A stretch of DNA of 62,517 bases, the filler included, from Squatina squatina (taxonomy: Eukaryota): the NCBI GenBank assembly GCA_031763465.1. It is 4 parts of 3 records of this genome, joined end to end, with 100 filler letters (N's around TTAATTAATTAA, not from the genome) between each part and the next. Parts side by side here need not be neighbours in the genome. Positions count along the whole stretch, not along the records: positions 15,016 to 34,232 come from JARFOE010000046.1; positions 34,333 to 49,789 come from JARFOE010000203.1; 2 more parts are not named here. One strand, given 5' to 3'. The position numbers and the translations under genes are program-made. Every line of letters begins with the position of its first letter. Positions within the stretch are counted from its first letter, which is position 1. Of the stretch, positions 24,574 through 36,965 are shown piece by piece. The notes under the pieces were generated by a model that saw only the letters and a list, made by a program, of their open reading frames with translations, did no database searches and had not been told where the DNA came from.

Positions 24574-24670
24574 TGAATTTGGATGATCAGCCATGATCAT
24601 ATTGAATGGTGGGGCAGTCTTGAAGGGCTGAATTGCCTACTCCTATCCCTATTTTCTGTGTTTCTATGTT
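24574..24670 (+). mobile_element. CR1 3' tail
   Basis: gatcagccatgatcatattgaatggtggggcagtcttgaagggctgaattgcctactcct...tttctatgttt. Confidence 0.85.
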
Positions 24671-26164
24671 TTAAATCTCAGCCCCTACTGGCAATCTTTT
24701 GTCACATAAGCATCCCTGGACCCAAGAACTATGGGGCCGTAATTTCTCTCTGTCACACTTAGCTACTGAGTTATGCAACACGAGTAGGAATGAATCCTCT
24801 GATGATTGGCCAAATATATTGGTAATATACTAGACCAGTGGAAATGCAGGGGCCAAGAAAGAAGACAGTGAAAAACTCTGACAAGGATAAATACCTTTAG
24901 AAACAGAATTAAGTAAACTGACAGTTGAGTAGTCTTTGGTTGACTGCTGGTATGAACAAATTGGGTTGCCTGTGCTTTTTCTAAACTCACTCTGCTAAAT
25001 AATTGTAAAAAAATTACCAGGAAAACTACAGATGTCAAAACTTTACATTAATCAAGAAGCTCTTTGATCATGCCAATTCTCAATTTGCATCTAATCTTAA
25101 CTAAACAGCTGTTGCCCGTATTAATTATCTAAGAACATAATAAGAATGTCGTTTCTCCAGATAATNNNNNNNNNNNNNNNNNNNNNNNNNNNNNNNNNNN
25201 NNNNNNNNNNNNNNNNNNNNNNNNNNNNNNNNNNNNNNNNNNNNNNNNNNNNNNNNNNNNNNNNNCAAATACTGTCAGTGCTAATTAATTATGGCATGAC
25301 AAGTGTTATTGTGAAAAAGACCCCCGGAAAGGAAGTATTTCCTTCAAAACAACAGATGCCAACTGGTTTTCCATCCTGTCCCCATTGTCTCAAGACAGTC
25401 TTGGCTATCACATGTCAAAATATGGCCATGAAAATACACAAATCGTATATACTGTAGTTTCAGCAAACACCTAAACAGTGTCAGTTAAATTGTACCCTGA
25501 CACATTAAACCAAAAACTTTAATCAGATGAGATTAACCCAAATCCTAATCTTACATATTTATGTATACACAACTAGGCTATCTTACACCCTCTCAGTTCA
25601 AATCGCCTGTGTGGTGGACAGCAATTTCTGGCCAGTCCTTTGGTTATTTTACTGTGGGATCTGAGCCTAATGAACACTTAGAACGAGGATCATCCGTGAT
25701 TGGATCAAGGGTCTAGGCAGCTCACATTGTTAAACACCTGCTTGATCCTCTTAAATTTACACAGAAAATAAATGGGATATGCCAAGGATTTAGGAGCACT
25801 GTTTAATACGATTATAAATTAAAAAAAGGAACTGCCCCTATAGAATAGCAAACAGCGCAGGACTTTAACACATCCAGGGGCTGAGCTATGAAGCTGAAAT
25901 GACTTATCAATGTCAATCTAAAGCAAGAGCTATTGCATCCTTGGAACATGTTTCTACATCAATCTGTATATAGGATATAAGGATATAGATTTGCTCCTAT
26001 TTTTGGTTGATGGCGGAGATGACAGACTTTCTCACTTATGTTCCATTTAATGTGGTCAGATACTGGAATTTATCTGAAATTTACACATGCTCACTCAAAC
26101 AACGGCCTATGTTTCTTAACAGAAGATATTTTTTAACAGGCATTGGTAGTTAACTGATTAATAC

Positions 26165-26420
26165 GTGATGTAGATGAGGAAGAGGAGATTGATAATTGGG
26201 GAGACTCCAGAGGGTAGGGGAACAGAAGTCATTGCTGGAGGTATGTTGGCTGTGTTCAGCTAAGTAGTTATGGAACCATGCGAGTGCAGTCCTACAAATC
26301 TGGATAAAGAAGGAGAGACATTGGAAGAGAAAGGTGTGGTCACCCGTGCTGCTAAGAGGTCGAGGAGGATGAGGAGTGGTGAAGCTCCGCAGTCACAGTC
26401 AAAGGATGTTGTTGCCGTGA
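26165..26420 (-). mobile_element. L2 reverse transcriptase fragment (degenerate)
   Basis: Reverse complement gives SPLLILLDLLAA (cf. L2 LxLLDLSAAFD) and a ccctctggagtctcccc PQG-region remnant. Confidence 0.55.
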
Positions 26421-28231
26421 GAAAAGTGGAAGCTGTGATCAGTTTTACAAGGGTATAATTACAATAATTGCTAAAAGAAATTCAGCCTATAACAGAAAAT
26501 TAATGAAAAATTGAAGAACTGCACTACAAAAATCCAAACTGTAGCAACAATGGAATATATCGCAGTACAAATTTTCAATTCAGCAGCACAGTCTTTGGAA
26601 CATCCTATTGCTGACTGTTTCAAGAACTAAAGACTTCTCGAAAACCCCTCATTGCACTGACAACAGCCATTTNNNNNNNNNNNNNNNNNNNNNNNNNNNN
26701 NNNNNNNNNNNNNNNNNNNNNNNNNNNNNNNNNNNNNNNNNNNNNNNNNNNNNNNNNNNNNNNNNNNNNNNNTGTCAATACCCTTAAAGAGGACATCTCA
26801 CCAAGCAACTCCTCCCAATAGTGCTGCTTCAGGTGCAGGTATCACCATCAGCATCTTCTGCTTGCTATCTGTAGCCCTAAACAGGTAGTCTTGCCAGTGT
26901 CAACATATTAAAGGCACTTTTAGATTTGACAAGTGCAGCCAAAGACAGATACTCAGTCCAGTTACAGTCGGCTGCAGTGGGAAATGTAAATGGCCTGACT
27001 AGGAGAATCCAACCAGATTGTAAAATCATGAAATGGTGCGTCTATCAAACTGATGTTGGATTAAGCACCTTCTGTCAGATCCTGTGAAGCACCTTGAGAG
27101 GTTTTAAAGGCACTATGTAAATGTAAGTTGTTGTTGTACTGGGCTATATGTGAAGCCACCAGTCCCTGTGTTCACACTCCTCTACGATTCAATCTCTGCA
27201 TTTCGCACCAGTGCCCAGCAAACGTACAGAGACTGGGGTCTGGTGACAAGTATAAATGGGGAGAACAGTGCAGGAAAGAGTTTCCCACATTGCAACAGTC
27301 TCTACACTCCAAAGCTTTTGAGCGGTTCTGTAGAAATGCGAATCTTTCTAAGTAGTGACCCAGTTTTAAAAACAAAATAGCACACAGCAAAATGCCAGTC
27401 CTGCAGTAACTTCAATAACAGTCATGCCAGTGTCCTATATAACTGATCAGATTTTATTTTTCCCTCTTGGGGTGTTGCATTTTATTTCGTCTCATCAGCT
27501 GGAGAAGTCAAGAATAAAGCTTGCATGGTGACAATGTTAGGGACATTCCCATTTTTCTTCACTCTTGGCTTACTTACACTGTTAACTCTTTGCATTCTGA
27601 TCCTGCCACAAATGTCCTCAGCTCTGATGATTTTCAATGCTCTCAATCTCAGCAAGAAAAGGGTTAATGATTGCTCCACTGATTTTTAAGATAGGCCCAG
27701 ATACTTACCCTGCCTGATGCCTTGGACAGGTTCAACTACCCTGTTTCTCTCCTGTTTACAGATTGTTCTGGATCTGGCTTTTTCCCTTTAAATAGGTGGG
27801 GTTGGGTGGGGTGCGGGAGGGAGGGGTTAATGGATAGCAACAAGATGACAAAAAGGTTATTTTTAGAAAATGTAGCTCATCTTTCTTCTGCTACATTTCA
27901 CACTGTCCTAGATTGTTAGAAGGCAGCAGGATGATGATGCACAAAGATTTGTGCTTATTCTGATTTAATAAAGGGGCCTTTCAGGTAAGCCAGGTCTCAT
28001 TATCTGAATATATGAAAAGCCTCATTGATTTTTGGTTAAATCCATAAACGATTCATTATTCTCTGCAATAGGAAAACCGGACTTGTGTAACATTTATATT
28101 TTCAGCACTAAATCAATGCAAAAGTCATACTCTGTAAAGAGTGATTTTTCACAAATAATATCTCAAAAATTCAACATTATTGATGTATTTGGGTAGGAAA
28201 AGAGGAGAGTGGAGTTGATATATCTCAGTCC

Positions 28232-28790
28232 AATCATTTCTTGGCTGCTCCAACGCACTCCTGGCTGGCCTCCCACATTCTACCCTGCGTAAACCTGAGG
28301 TCATCCAAAACTTGGCTGCCCGTGTGCTGACTCGCACTAAGTCCCGTTAACCCATCACCGCTGTGCTCGCTGACCTACATTGGCCTCAATTTCAAAATTC
28401 TCATCATTGTTTTCAAATCCATCCATGGCCTCACGCCTCCCTATCTCTGTAATCTCCTCCAACCCCACAACCCCCCGATATACCTGCGCTCTTCAACTTC
28501 TGCCCTCTTGAGCATCCCTGACTAAAATCACTCAACCATTGGTGACTGTGCCTTCAGCTACCTAGGCCCTAAGCTCTGGAACTTCCTCCTGAAACCTCTT
28601 AGCCTCTCTAGCTCTCTTTCCTCAATTAGGTCGCTCCCTAAAACCTACCTCTTTGACCAAGCTTTTGGTCACCTGCCTTAATTTCTTCTTATGTGGCTCG
28701 GTGTCAAATTTTTGACTTGTAATGCTCCTGTGAAGCGCCTTGGGAGATTTTACTACATTAAAGACGCTATATAAATACAAGTTGTTCTTG
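28232..28790 (+). mobile_element. L2-clade LINE 3' 560 bp
   Basis: SNALLAGLPHSTLRKPEVIQNLAARVLTRTKSR-PITAVLADLHW, then the 3' UTR ending gctatataaatacaagttgtt. Confidence 0.92.
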
Positions 28791-29540
28791 TTTCTTTGAA
28801 ATCAATTTCTGGGAAATGGCAATTCTCAATCTGGAAGAAAACACATCCCTCTAAATAAATTATAGACGCTGGAAGGGTAACTCTACAGGAAAGCAAGAAT
28901 TCTGTAAAATAGTTAATTAAGAGATCTACACCATCTTCACGGGCCCACAGAATTTCCGCAGTCTTGGTTGATTTGAATTCCTTATAATACAAGCCTCAGT
29001 TACAGGGACCCTGTGAAGGAGTGCAAGATAAACCAATCCACTTGTAGCATTGTTGCATGTCATTACCATTGGTTTTTAACCACTTATAAACATTTTTTAT
29101 AGAGGCCTAGAAATTTGTCTCGGGTGGTAGCACAAAACAGGCAGTATCGTATCAGATACCCGTGATACACAGCACCTGCATGGGGCCTCACGCAATTTAC
29201 TCTATAGTGTGACCATTTTTGTCTTCCTTGTTAGATAAGTGTGTACCCTTGGCATTTTCCGCTTAATAATTAATTATTTAATTGTTGCATTTAATTGTTC
29301 TGGTGATTTCATCAGTTTCACAGCAAGTGACTTGAGAAATCTGAAAGTAGACAAATCCAAAAGTAGACATTGTCTGAGAGTTTAAAAAAAGCATCAATAT
29401 AATAATGCAACAGTGTGGTCTGGACTTCAATACACATCTGNNNNNNNNNNNNNNNNNNNNNNNNNNNNNNNNNNNNNNNNNNNNNNNNNNNNNNNNNNNN
29501 NNNNNNNNNNNNNNNNNNNNNNNNNNNNNNNNNNNNNNNN

Positions 29541-29725
29541 CGGGTCACTGAGCATATTCAAGAAGGAGATAGATAGAGTTTTAGACACTAAAGACAACAA
29601 GGGGTATGGGGAGAAAGTGGGAATATGGCGACGAGGTAGAAGATCAGCCATGATCATATTGAATAGCGGAGCAGGCTCGAAGGGCCAAATAGCCTACTCC
29701 TGCTCCTATTTTCTATGTTTCTATA
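29541..29725 (+). mobile_element. CR1 3' end
   Basis: SLSIFKKEIDRVLDTKDNKGYG followed by the CR1 tail. Confidence 0.88.
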
Positions 29726-32700
29726 ATACAGTGAATAATTTTCTGACAGCTTTGCAAGTGATTTTTGAAGTAGCTTTTCATAGCCTTAGTAAACAAATCA
29801 AGAACAGCTTGTAATATGCTGACTTCTTCGTTGTTTTATAGAGTGCATTGTAATATTTTCATGACTTTAGATCAATCACAATTATCTCTGGGCATCAACT
29901 TTATGACCACAAGGCAGAGAATCCACGTTTTTAAATAACTCATAAATTTCTCTTGCCTCACCACAGACATAAAATAATTGAATTGAATCTCTCTCGCTGT
30001 AAATCATTTTCATCACACTCTACTGCACAGGGTTTTACAGATAACAGGTAAACGGACTCTGCAAGTCAACAAATTTATTTATTTACCAAATCCAGCAGTC
30101 ACTTCCCACCGCACGCAAATTAGAAAATCATTCATCTACCATATCATTAGGAGTGATGAATTCTTTTTCAGCACTGGGAATATTTAGTAGCTCACAGTCC
30201 TTTGACAAACTCTCCGGTTTTTCTATTTAATTGCCCAGTAATGCACTGGCATTAACTCACAATGAGCAGATGTGTTTCCTTATTGCTACATGTATCTCAT
30301 CCTTGCTTATAATTGCTTGGTCCTTTTTGAATATGCCACATCTCATGGAGTATCAGGAGATTAGATATTGTTTCAGAAATATAATTATGAAGGTGCTGAA
30401 ACAGGTATTAAAGGAATCTGGTTGCCATGGAAATGGATATTGGGACTTTGACAACCAGTTGCAACTGCTTCTGACTTATCCATGGGAAAAGAGACCCCAC
30501 TGCTCCAGAATGTACAATAAAGAGCAGTTGTTAACAGAGCTCCATCAACCTCTCACTAGATTGTGCCTATGAGAGAAGGGTATCTGAGGCTGTTGAACTG
30601 ATGTCGTCGGGGCAGTCAAAGAAAACACCTGTCAGTGCTATTTTNNNNNNNNNNNNNNNNNNNNNNNNNNNNNNNNNNNNNNNNNNNNNNNNNNNNNNNN
30701 NNNNNNNNNNNNNNNNNNNNNNNNNNNNNNNNNNNNNNNNNNNNGAACACTGACAGAACAACTGTCAAAATCAATTTGGAGATGGCCCCTTTAAGGAAAC
30801 TGGCTGATGATGCGTCATCAAGTGACGTCACAAGACCTGCTTCCTTTTAATTGGCCGGAAACCTCACTGGTTGAGCTTAACAAGCCCAATCATCATAAAA
30901 TCACTTCAACAGTGCGGACTTCAGCCAGCAGCGGCTTTGGACCCCGCTACTGAAACCAGCCGCACCAAACCGACCTGGGCCCAAATCTTGCATTCTCCTG
31001 CTTTATAAAATTCATTGCAAAACCACGAAGAACATTTACTCAATGACTCATCACCAAAGATGTTAGAAGGTTCAAACAATTAGAAAAAATAAAGAATAGC
31101 GATTTAGTATTGTGAAGAATAAGTCCCAAAAATCTGGTCCGAATGTTCATTATAGCATGACACATCTTAAGTTGTCAGGTGTGACTTTTATATTGCCAGT
31201 CTTGAAAATTAATTGAAATTAGATTGAAGCATATGCCTGGAAATGACTTTGACACCTCAGCTAAAATAGCAGGGAGAAATTTGAAACAAACACATTAAGC
31301 TTTCCTACGATAATATCAGTCACTTTCAGATTAGAATCCACATTGGAAATTGATAAATTGAAAGTGCAAATAATCTTTCGAGGGGAATTATTGATTTAGC
31401 AGCTTGTCTTCATCAATGGAAAAGATCGCCAAAAGATAGGATTCCTCACTGTTACTGATATTCTCATTTTATAGAGATAACTGTTGCCACCTATATTCTT
31501 TAGAAATACTGTTATTCTCTGGGTAAAACTGACAGGCACTGTTCTAAAACACATAAGTCGAAGCCAACGGCACACTTACTGTCAACGTGATGCAGAATGG
31601 AAAGCTTCTCCTGAGAGTGGCTGAGGATTTGTCCTGTCTTTGACAGAAAGACAGGGTTGGAATTAATTTAGTCACAGTGTTTTTTATTCTTAAAGCCACA
31701 CTGCCTCGTGAATAATTCTAGCGGAATAAATTCTGTATTTATGGCTGTCTTCTCTGGAATGAGGTTTAATCCAAGTGTATCATCTAAACCCTGAGTCTGA
31801 ATTTAATCTGAATGCAACTGCATCCTTGAATTGAAAGCCAGCAGATAAATAAGATAAGCAATATAGTGCAGCTTAAATCCTCGGGTTTAACTCTGCTTTC
31901 ACTTCAAAGGGATTTTATTTTCTTTTTTGTGGATTGGCTTCTATTACTTGAAATGAATCCACAATTTTGTGAACCACAAGGATCGGAAAAAAAAAGTTGT
32001 AGTTTCTCACTATTAATATTTATTTTCTGACACAACTGAAATAGAGAACATTAAACCTAATTGGATTAGGCCAGAGCTATATCTTTCTCTGTGTTACTTT
32101 GTTATCTCATTGACTGCTACTTCATATCTCTTTCTGGTTTATATTTTTGGGGCGCCCAATTGGCTCCTCCAGCACAAGCGCNNNNNNNNNNNNNNNNNNN
32201 NNNNNNNNNNNNNNNNNNNNNNNNNNNNNNNNNNNNNNNNNNNNNNNNNNNNNNNNNNNNNNNNNNNNNNNNNNNNNNNNNAACTAGGATAACCACAACA
32301 CACATAGAACATTTGCTGCCTCTGAAATTATGTTGTGCCGTCCTGGTGGCACTGCCAGTAGCAGTTATGGTTACCCCTGTCCTTAACTTTAATGCCAATG
32401 ACACCTTGCAGTCTCCAACAGACAACATTTTCAATAATAATCAGTTTGCTGTCAATGCTGCATCTGGGAAATTACTGTCCTGCTATTCAATTAGACAGCC
32501 TCACATGCCAACTCCCCCTTGCAGAAACAGATGCAGCACTGCTGAAAGAATCGTTTCTGCCATACGTCTGGGCTCCCCAAGGTGCAGTCAATTATTTATT
32601 GCACCAACATAGCCATTCAGTCACCAACTGCAACCTAGGACCAACGCATTCCCTCAAAGTACAGATGGTTTGTGCAATGATTGTGGCTAGGTTTCTGGAA

Positions 32701-34276
32701 CAGAAAACACTTAACAAGTATATTGGAATTCTTTAGGAATTGGGTTGATACATTAGAATTCAATTCAATCTGAGTAAAGAGGAACAGCAAGAGTTTAGTA
32801 CAATGAAATTCCATGTTTGGATTGGCTATGCATTTACTTGGACTTGAAGAACAGATAGGATGGATTTCCCAGCACAAAACTCATCTCCTCCCAGTAATGA
32901 TCCAATCTTTCACCTGGAAGAGGGTTTGTTTTTAATCCTTTGAGGTTCACTGGCACTGCTAGCTGAAGGTGCCATGGCTTGTTAGGAGCAAAATTTCCTG
33001 GTTTAAATGTGATTTTCACATCACAGGCGCAACCATGTCAATCTTCAGAATCAGAGCCTTTAATTGGCGGTTTATCTTTAAACCTGTTTTTTGTCAAATG
33101 AAAGCCTCTTTTCTAAAAGCAATGTAGTTCCCACCTCCAAAATGGGAGGTAGAAGCAGGCGATCAAGAGTAAAGGTAAATTAAACATCTTTAAAAATCGG
33201 GACAGCATTTAGAATGGATAGAATAGAGCTGGAAGAGGCTTAAAAGAAATGAGGTTATAAGTGACAGGACACAGAGAGAATAATGATGAACAATAAATGT
33301 AGTTAAACTGATCATTCATTTTTATATTTGTGTAACACATTGGGGCTAATATTATGGTGCTAAATCTATTTTGATGTTTAAGTAGCAATACTGCAATATT
33401 ATTGTTTATTTCAGCATCATAATGTGTTTTTAACAACGCCCGACTTTAAAAAGAAATTCATATAACAAAAAAAAATGCCTTGACGTACGTCCACCTAATA
33501 GTATCACTTCATCCTTGCAAAGACCTCCAACTGGGCTCAAACCTATTTAGTTGGCTCAGTTTAATTGGATAGTGTTTTAACTCATTGATCTGATTGGTTT
33601 CTCCTTGTGTTTCATTAGGTCATTACATTTATTTTTGCCTTTTAAATTTTTCTCTCAGTTGTATCCCACTGTTCTTTCAGTCCATCAGTGATTCGCTTGC
33701 CCAGTATCACTGGAGGGGGTAGATAATATGACTGGTTGAAGGAGGTAAAAGTAAAATATTCATGACTTATCCAGATTCTTTGTGAGGAGTCGCTCTATGT
33801 TTCTCAGAAAATACTTTGTTCATCACTTTAGTAGGGTTTCTTTACTCACTGATACATTTCCTTTATTGATGTATATTTGGTGATCTTCTGTTTGTTTTAT
33901 CAGCATGTGAGCCCAGTTAATTGTCCTGGCCTGGTGCTGCTAAGGAAGCGGCAAGGAGGCATGGCATGAAAAAAGGCCATTGTGCCCATGAACTCATTTA
34001 CAGAAGGCGAGGGCTGAATCCTTTTCCCACTGGCAAGTTAGCAGCAGAGAGGGAGACTTGTTCACCCAAACGAATCTGATGCTAACCCAATGCAATTTCC
34101 TCCTCAGACTCTAATTTATTAGAAAGGAGGGGAGTGTGGTGGGGTGCGGAGGTGTAGAGCAGTAATAGTGCTCCTGAAAGCAACTCGGGGGGTTGGGGAA
34201 TTCACTCCTGGTGCAGCCTTGAAAGACTGGAGNNNNNNNNNNNNNNNNNNNNNNNNNNNNNNNNNNNNNNNNNNNN

Positions 34277-34288
34277 TTAATTAATTAA
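34277..34288. other. Artificial scaffold-concatenation linker
   Basis: TTAATTAATTAA within a 100-nt gap. Confidence 0.95.
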
Positions 34289-34485
34289 NNNNNNNNNNNN
34301 NNNNNNNNNNNNNNNNNNNNNNNNNNNNNNNNAGGCGCTATATAAATGCAAGTCTTCCTTCCTAATGTAATTTTATTACGTTCCAACCAGCAATTATTTA
34401 TAACTCTGAACGGAGAGAATAGAATACTTAGCAATTAAATGTCTCAACCAATGTAACTCTTATGATACCTCCAATTTTCCAATAG

Positions 34486-34598
34486 GCAGAAGACCCTTCT
34501 CTGCTATGTCTCCTGCGATTATACTTGACAAAGATAAAAACGTGAAAATGGTGGTTGGAGCTTCGGGTAGCTCAAGGATCATCACAGCAACTGCTCTG
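34486..34598 (+). CDS. Gamma-glutamyltransferase (GGT1/GGT5-family) small-subunit exon
   Basis: ttttccaatag|GRRPFSAMSPAIILDKDKNVKMVVGASGSSRIITATAL|gtacgt, 113 nt, aligning without gaps to human GGT1 [38 protein letters not shown]. Confidence 0.9.
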
Positions 34599-35151
34599 GT
34601 ACGTACTGATGATAGAATAGGAAATGGGATCACGTGGATTGAAGAAAACTCAAGTCAGTGCAGAAAATTGCACTTAACAGGCAAAATTATTGATAAGGAA
34701 AAGACAATCTGCTCAGTGAACCCATTCGTCCCGTAGGGGATGGACATCTCCCCAACCCAATAAATCTATTGGTGGGGGTGAGGGGAGGGGGTGTTCAGGA
34801 GATAAATAACCACAGATAAAACTTCAAATAGATCAGCAATCTCTCTCACCCCTTGAAAGGTANNNNNNNNNNNNNNNNNNNNNNNNNNNNNNNNNNNNNN
34901 NNNNNNNNNNNNNNNNNNNNNNNNNNNNNNNNNNNNNNNNNNNNNNNNNNNNNNNNNNNNNNACGAATGGATTTGAAAACAAAGAGTAAATATGGTTGAT
35001 CCAGCATTCACTTTATTGAAGCTGGATCCCTTAGCCTGATGACGCAATGGTAGACCCAAGTTTTACATGGCTGTCGGTTCCTTAACATCAGAGCATTTTT
35101 GCTATCGAGTTGGTGACCCACACATCTCCCATTGACTACACTCCTGTAACA

Positions 35152-35525
35152 GAAAGAAAGAAACATGAATTATATAGTAGCACCTTTCCTATCTCCTGGA
35201 CGCCCCAAAATTCTTCTCAGAGAACAAATTACTATTGAAGTGTAGCCAACGTGATATAGGCAAATGTGGCAGCCAATTTATGCACAACAAAGTCCTACAA
35301 ACAGCAATGACAAATGCTCAGTTAAATCTGTTCTGCTAGTGTTGGTTGAGCGTTAGATGTTGGACAGGACAACGGAAGAACACATCTGCCCTTTCTTGAA
35401 AAAGGCTATGAGATCTTTTACTACCACATGGAATAGCAGAGAGGAGTCTTACTTTAATATGTCATATGAAATCTGGCACCTTCAACAGTGCAGTATTCCC
35501 TTTGTATTTCACTGATATCAGTCTA
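35152..35525 (-). mobile_element. Deu-type SINE, diverged
   Basis: Reverse complement of the 38464-38900 family across most of its length. Confidence 0.75.
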
Positions 35526-36027
35526 AATAAAAAATACCTCAAGAGCATCTTAAAACAATAGCTGGAAATTCTTCCTTTCACTATCTGGTGCTGCCCACAC
35601 CCAGTGCTCAGACAACTCGCTCAGATTCTGTTGTCTCCTTACATTGAAAAGATGTCCTCAGTCTTGCCACATTATTCATCTTTACAGGCTGCAGTCTTGT
35701 GGAAACAGTTTGATTGCAGTTAAAATCCTGGGAGGGTTTCGAATAACCATGAGCAAAGATTGATGGAGATATCTCCTCAAGTGCTTACTTCAGATACAAA
35801 AGTGGTTTTGTGGTCCTCAGTGATATGAACAGCATTACAATGAGCACATTATCATTCAAACTGCATAACCATAAACCAGTTGAAAAAACATCTAAAAGTC
35901 TGCAGATTTCCAAATATATTTTCTGACAAACAAAAATGAGCTCTAATTTTTGACGTTCAATATTATAAACCGAAATATAGATTTACAGTCCAGTTCTGAG
36001 GGCAGTATCTTGCTGTGGACTTATCCT

Positions 36028-36145
36028 GAAGAAAGACTTGCATCTATATAGCGCCTTTCACAACCTCAGGACAGCCCAAAGCTCTTTGTAGGCAGTAAAG
36101 TATTTTTGAAGTGTAGTCACTGTCGTGATGTAGGAAACGTGGCAG
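36028..36145 (-). mobile_element. Deu-type SINE 3' end
   Basis: gaaagacttgcatctatatagcgcctttcacaacctcaggac. Confidence 0.85.
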
Positions 36146-36339
36146 NNNNNNNNNNNNNNNNNNNNNNNNNNNNNNNNNNNNNNNNNNNNNNNNNNNNNNN
36201 NNNNNNNNNNNNNNNNNNNNNNNNNNNNNNNNNNNNNNNNNNNNNGTGACATTTACAAACGGGGGGAGCGAATATCAGGTAATCGGATGCCATGTGATTG
36301 AAAGGTCATATGATTAAAGATGCAGGAACAGTGAAGGGA

Positions 36340-36965
36340 GAGCTGATAACCCGAGTGTGGGCCCAATGTGACCCAGACCCGGATTAGCAACTGCAGCCCT
36401 GGTGGTTACTCTCGTTTACTCCCTGTGTGGAGTCTGATGTTGAGCAGCCCTTGGGCCTGCGGATGTTGGATTCGAAGCGACACCGCAGGCCGCTCACACA
36501 CTCCGCATGCTCATGGCAGGAGTGCGAGCGTGTCCCAGATCGGAGCAGAGCTGAGCGGAGGGTGGGAGCAGCACCGGGCTCAGCAGCACAGATTCAGAGC
36601 TCTGCCTGGGTGTGCCGCGAGCCCAGCGACTGGGAACTCAGGGGCTGCTCAGCGGCTTCTAACACGGTGTCGGGGCTTTGCTCCCGGGTTTTAACACTGT
36701 GTCGGGGCTTTTTTCCCCACCCTGCGGCTCCCGGATACTCTGTTCCCCCTGGGCTGAGCCACTGTCTGTCCCCAGCTCCATTTACCTGTGCTGAGCCTGG
36801 CGGGGCCGCACTGGCAGGCAGCCACCTCCTCCTCCACGCACCTCGCATTGTCTCCGCTCTCCCTACCGGCACAGTCCGCTCCGCCCTGCCTTCCCTTCCC
36901 CCGAGCCCAGCACACACTGCACTGACTGACAGCCCAGCCTCCAACACCCACTGCAGCTGGCACAC
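36340..36965 (-). promoter_or_regulatory. GC/CpG-rich island with candidate first exon on the minus strand
   Basis: Sharp GC and CpG enrichment, GC box at 36881-36886, donor cacag|gtaaat at 36786/36785. Gene not recognised. Confidence 0.4.

Noticed and set aside
32091-32612. 173-aa ORF and other ORFs spanning N runs
   Set aside because: They are open only because the caller reads through the 100-N gaps between separate contigs.
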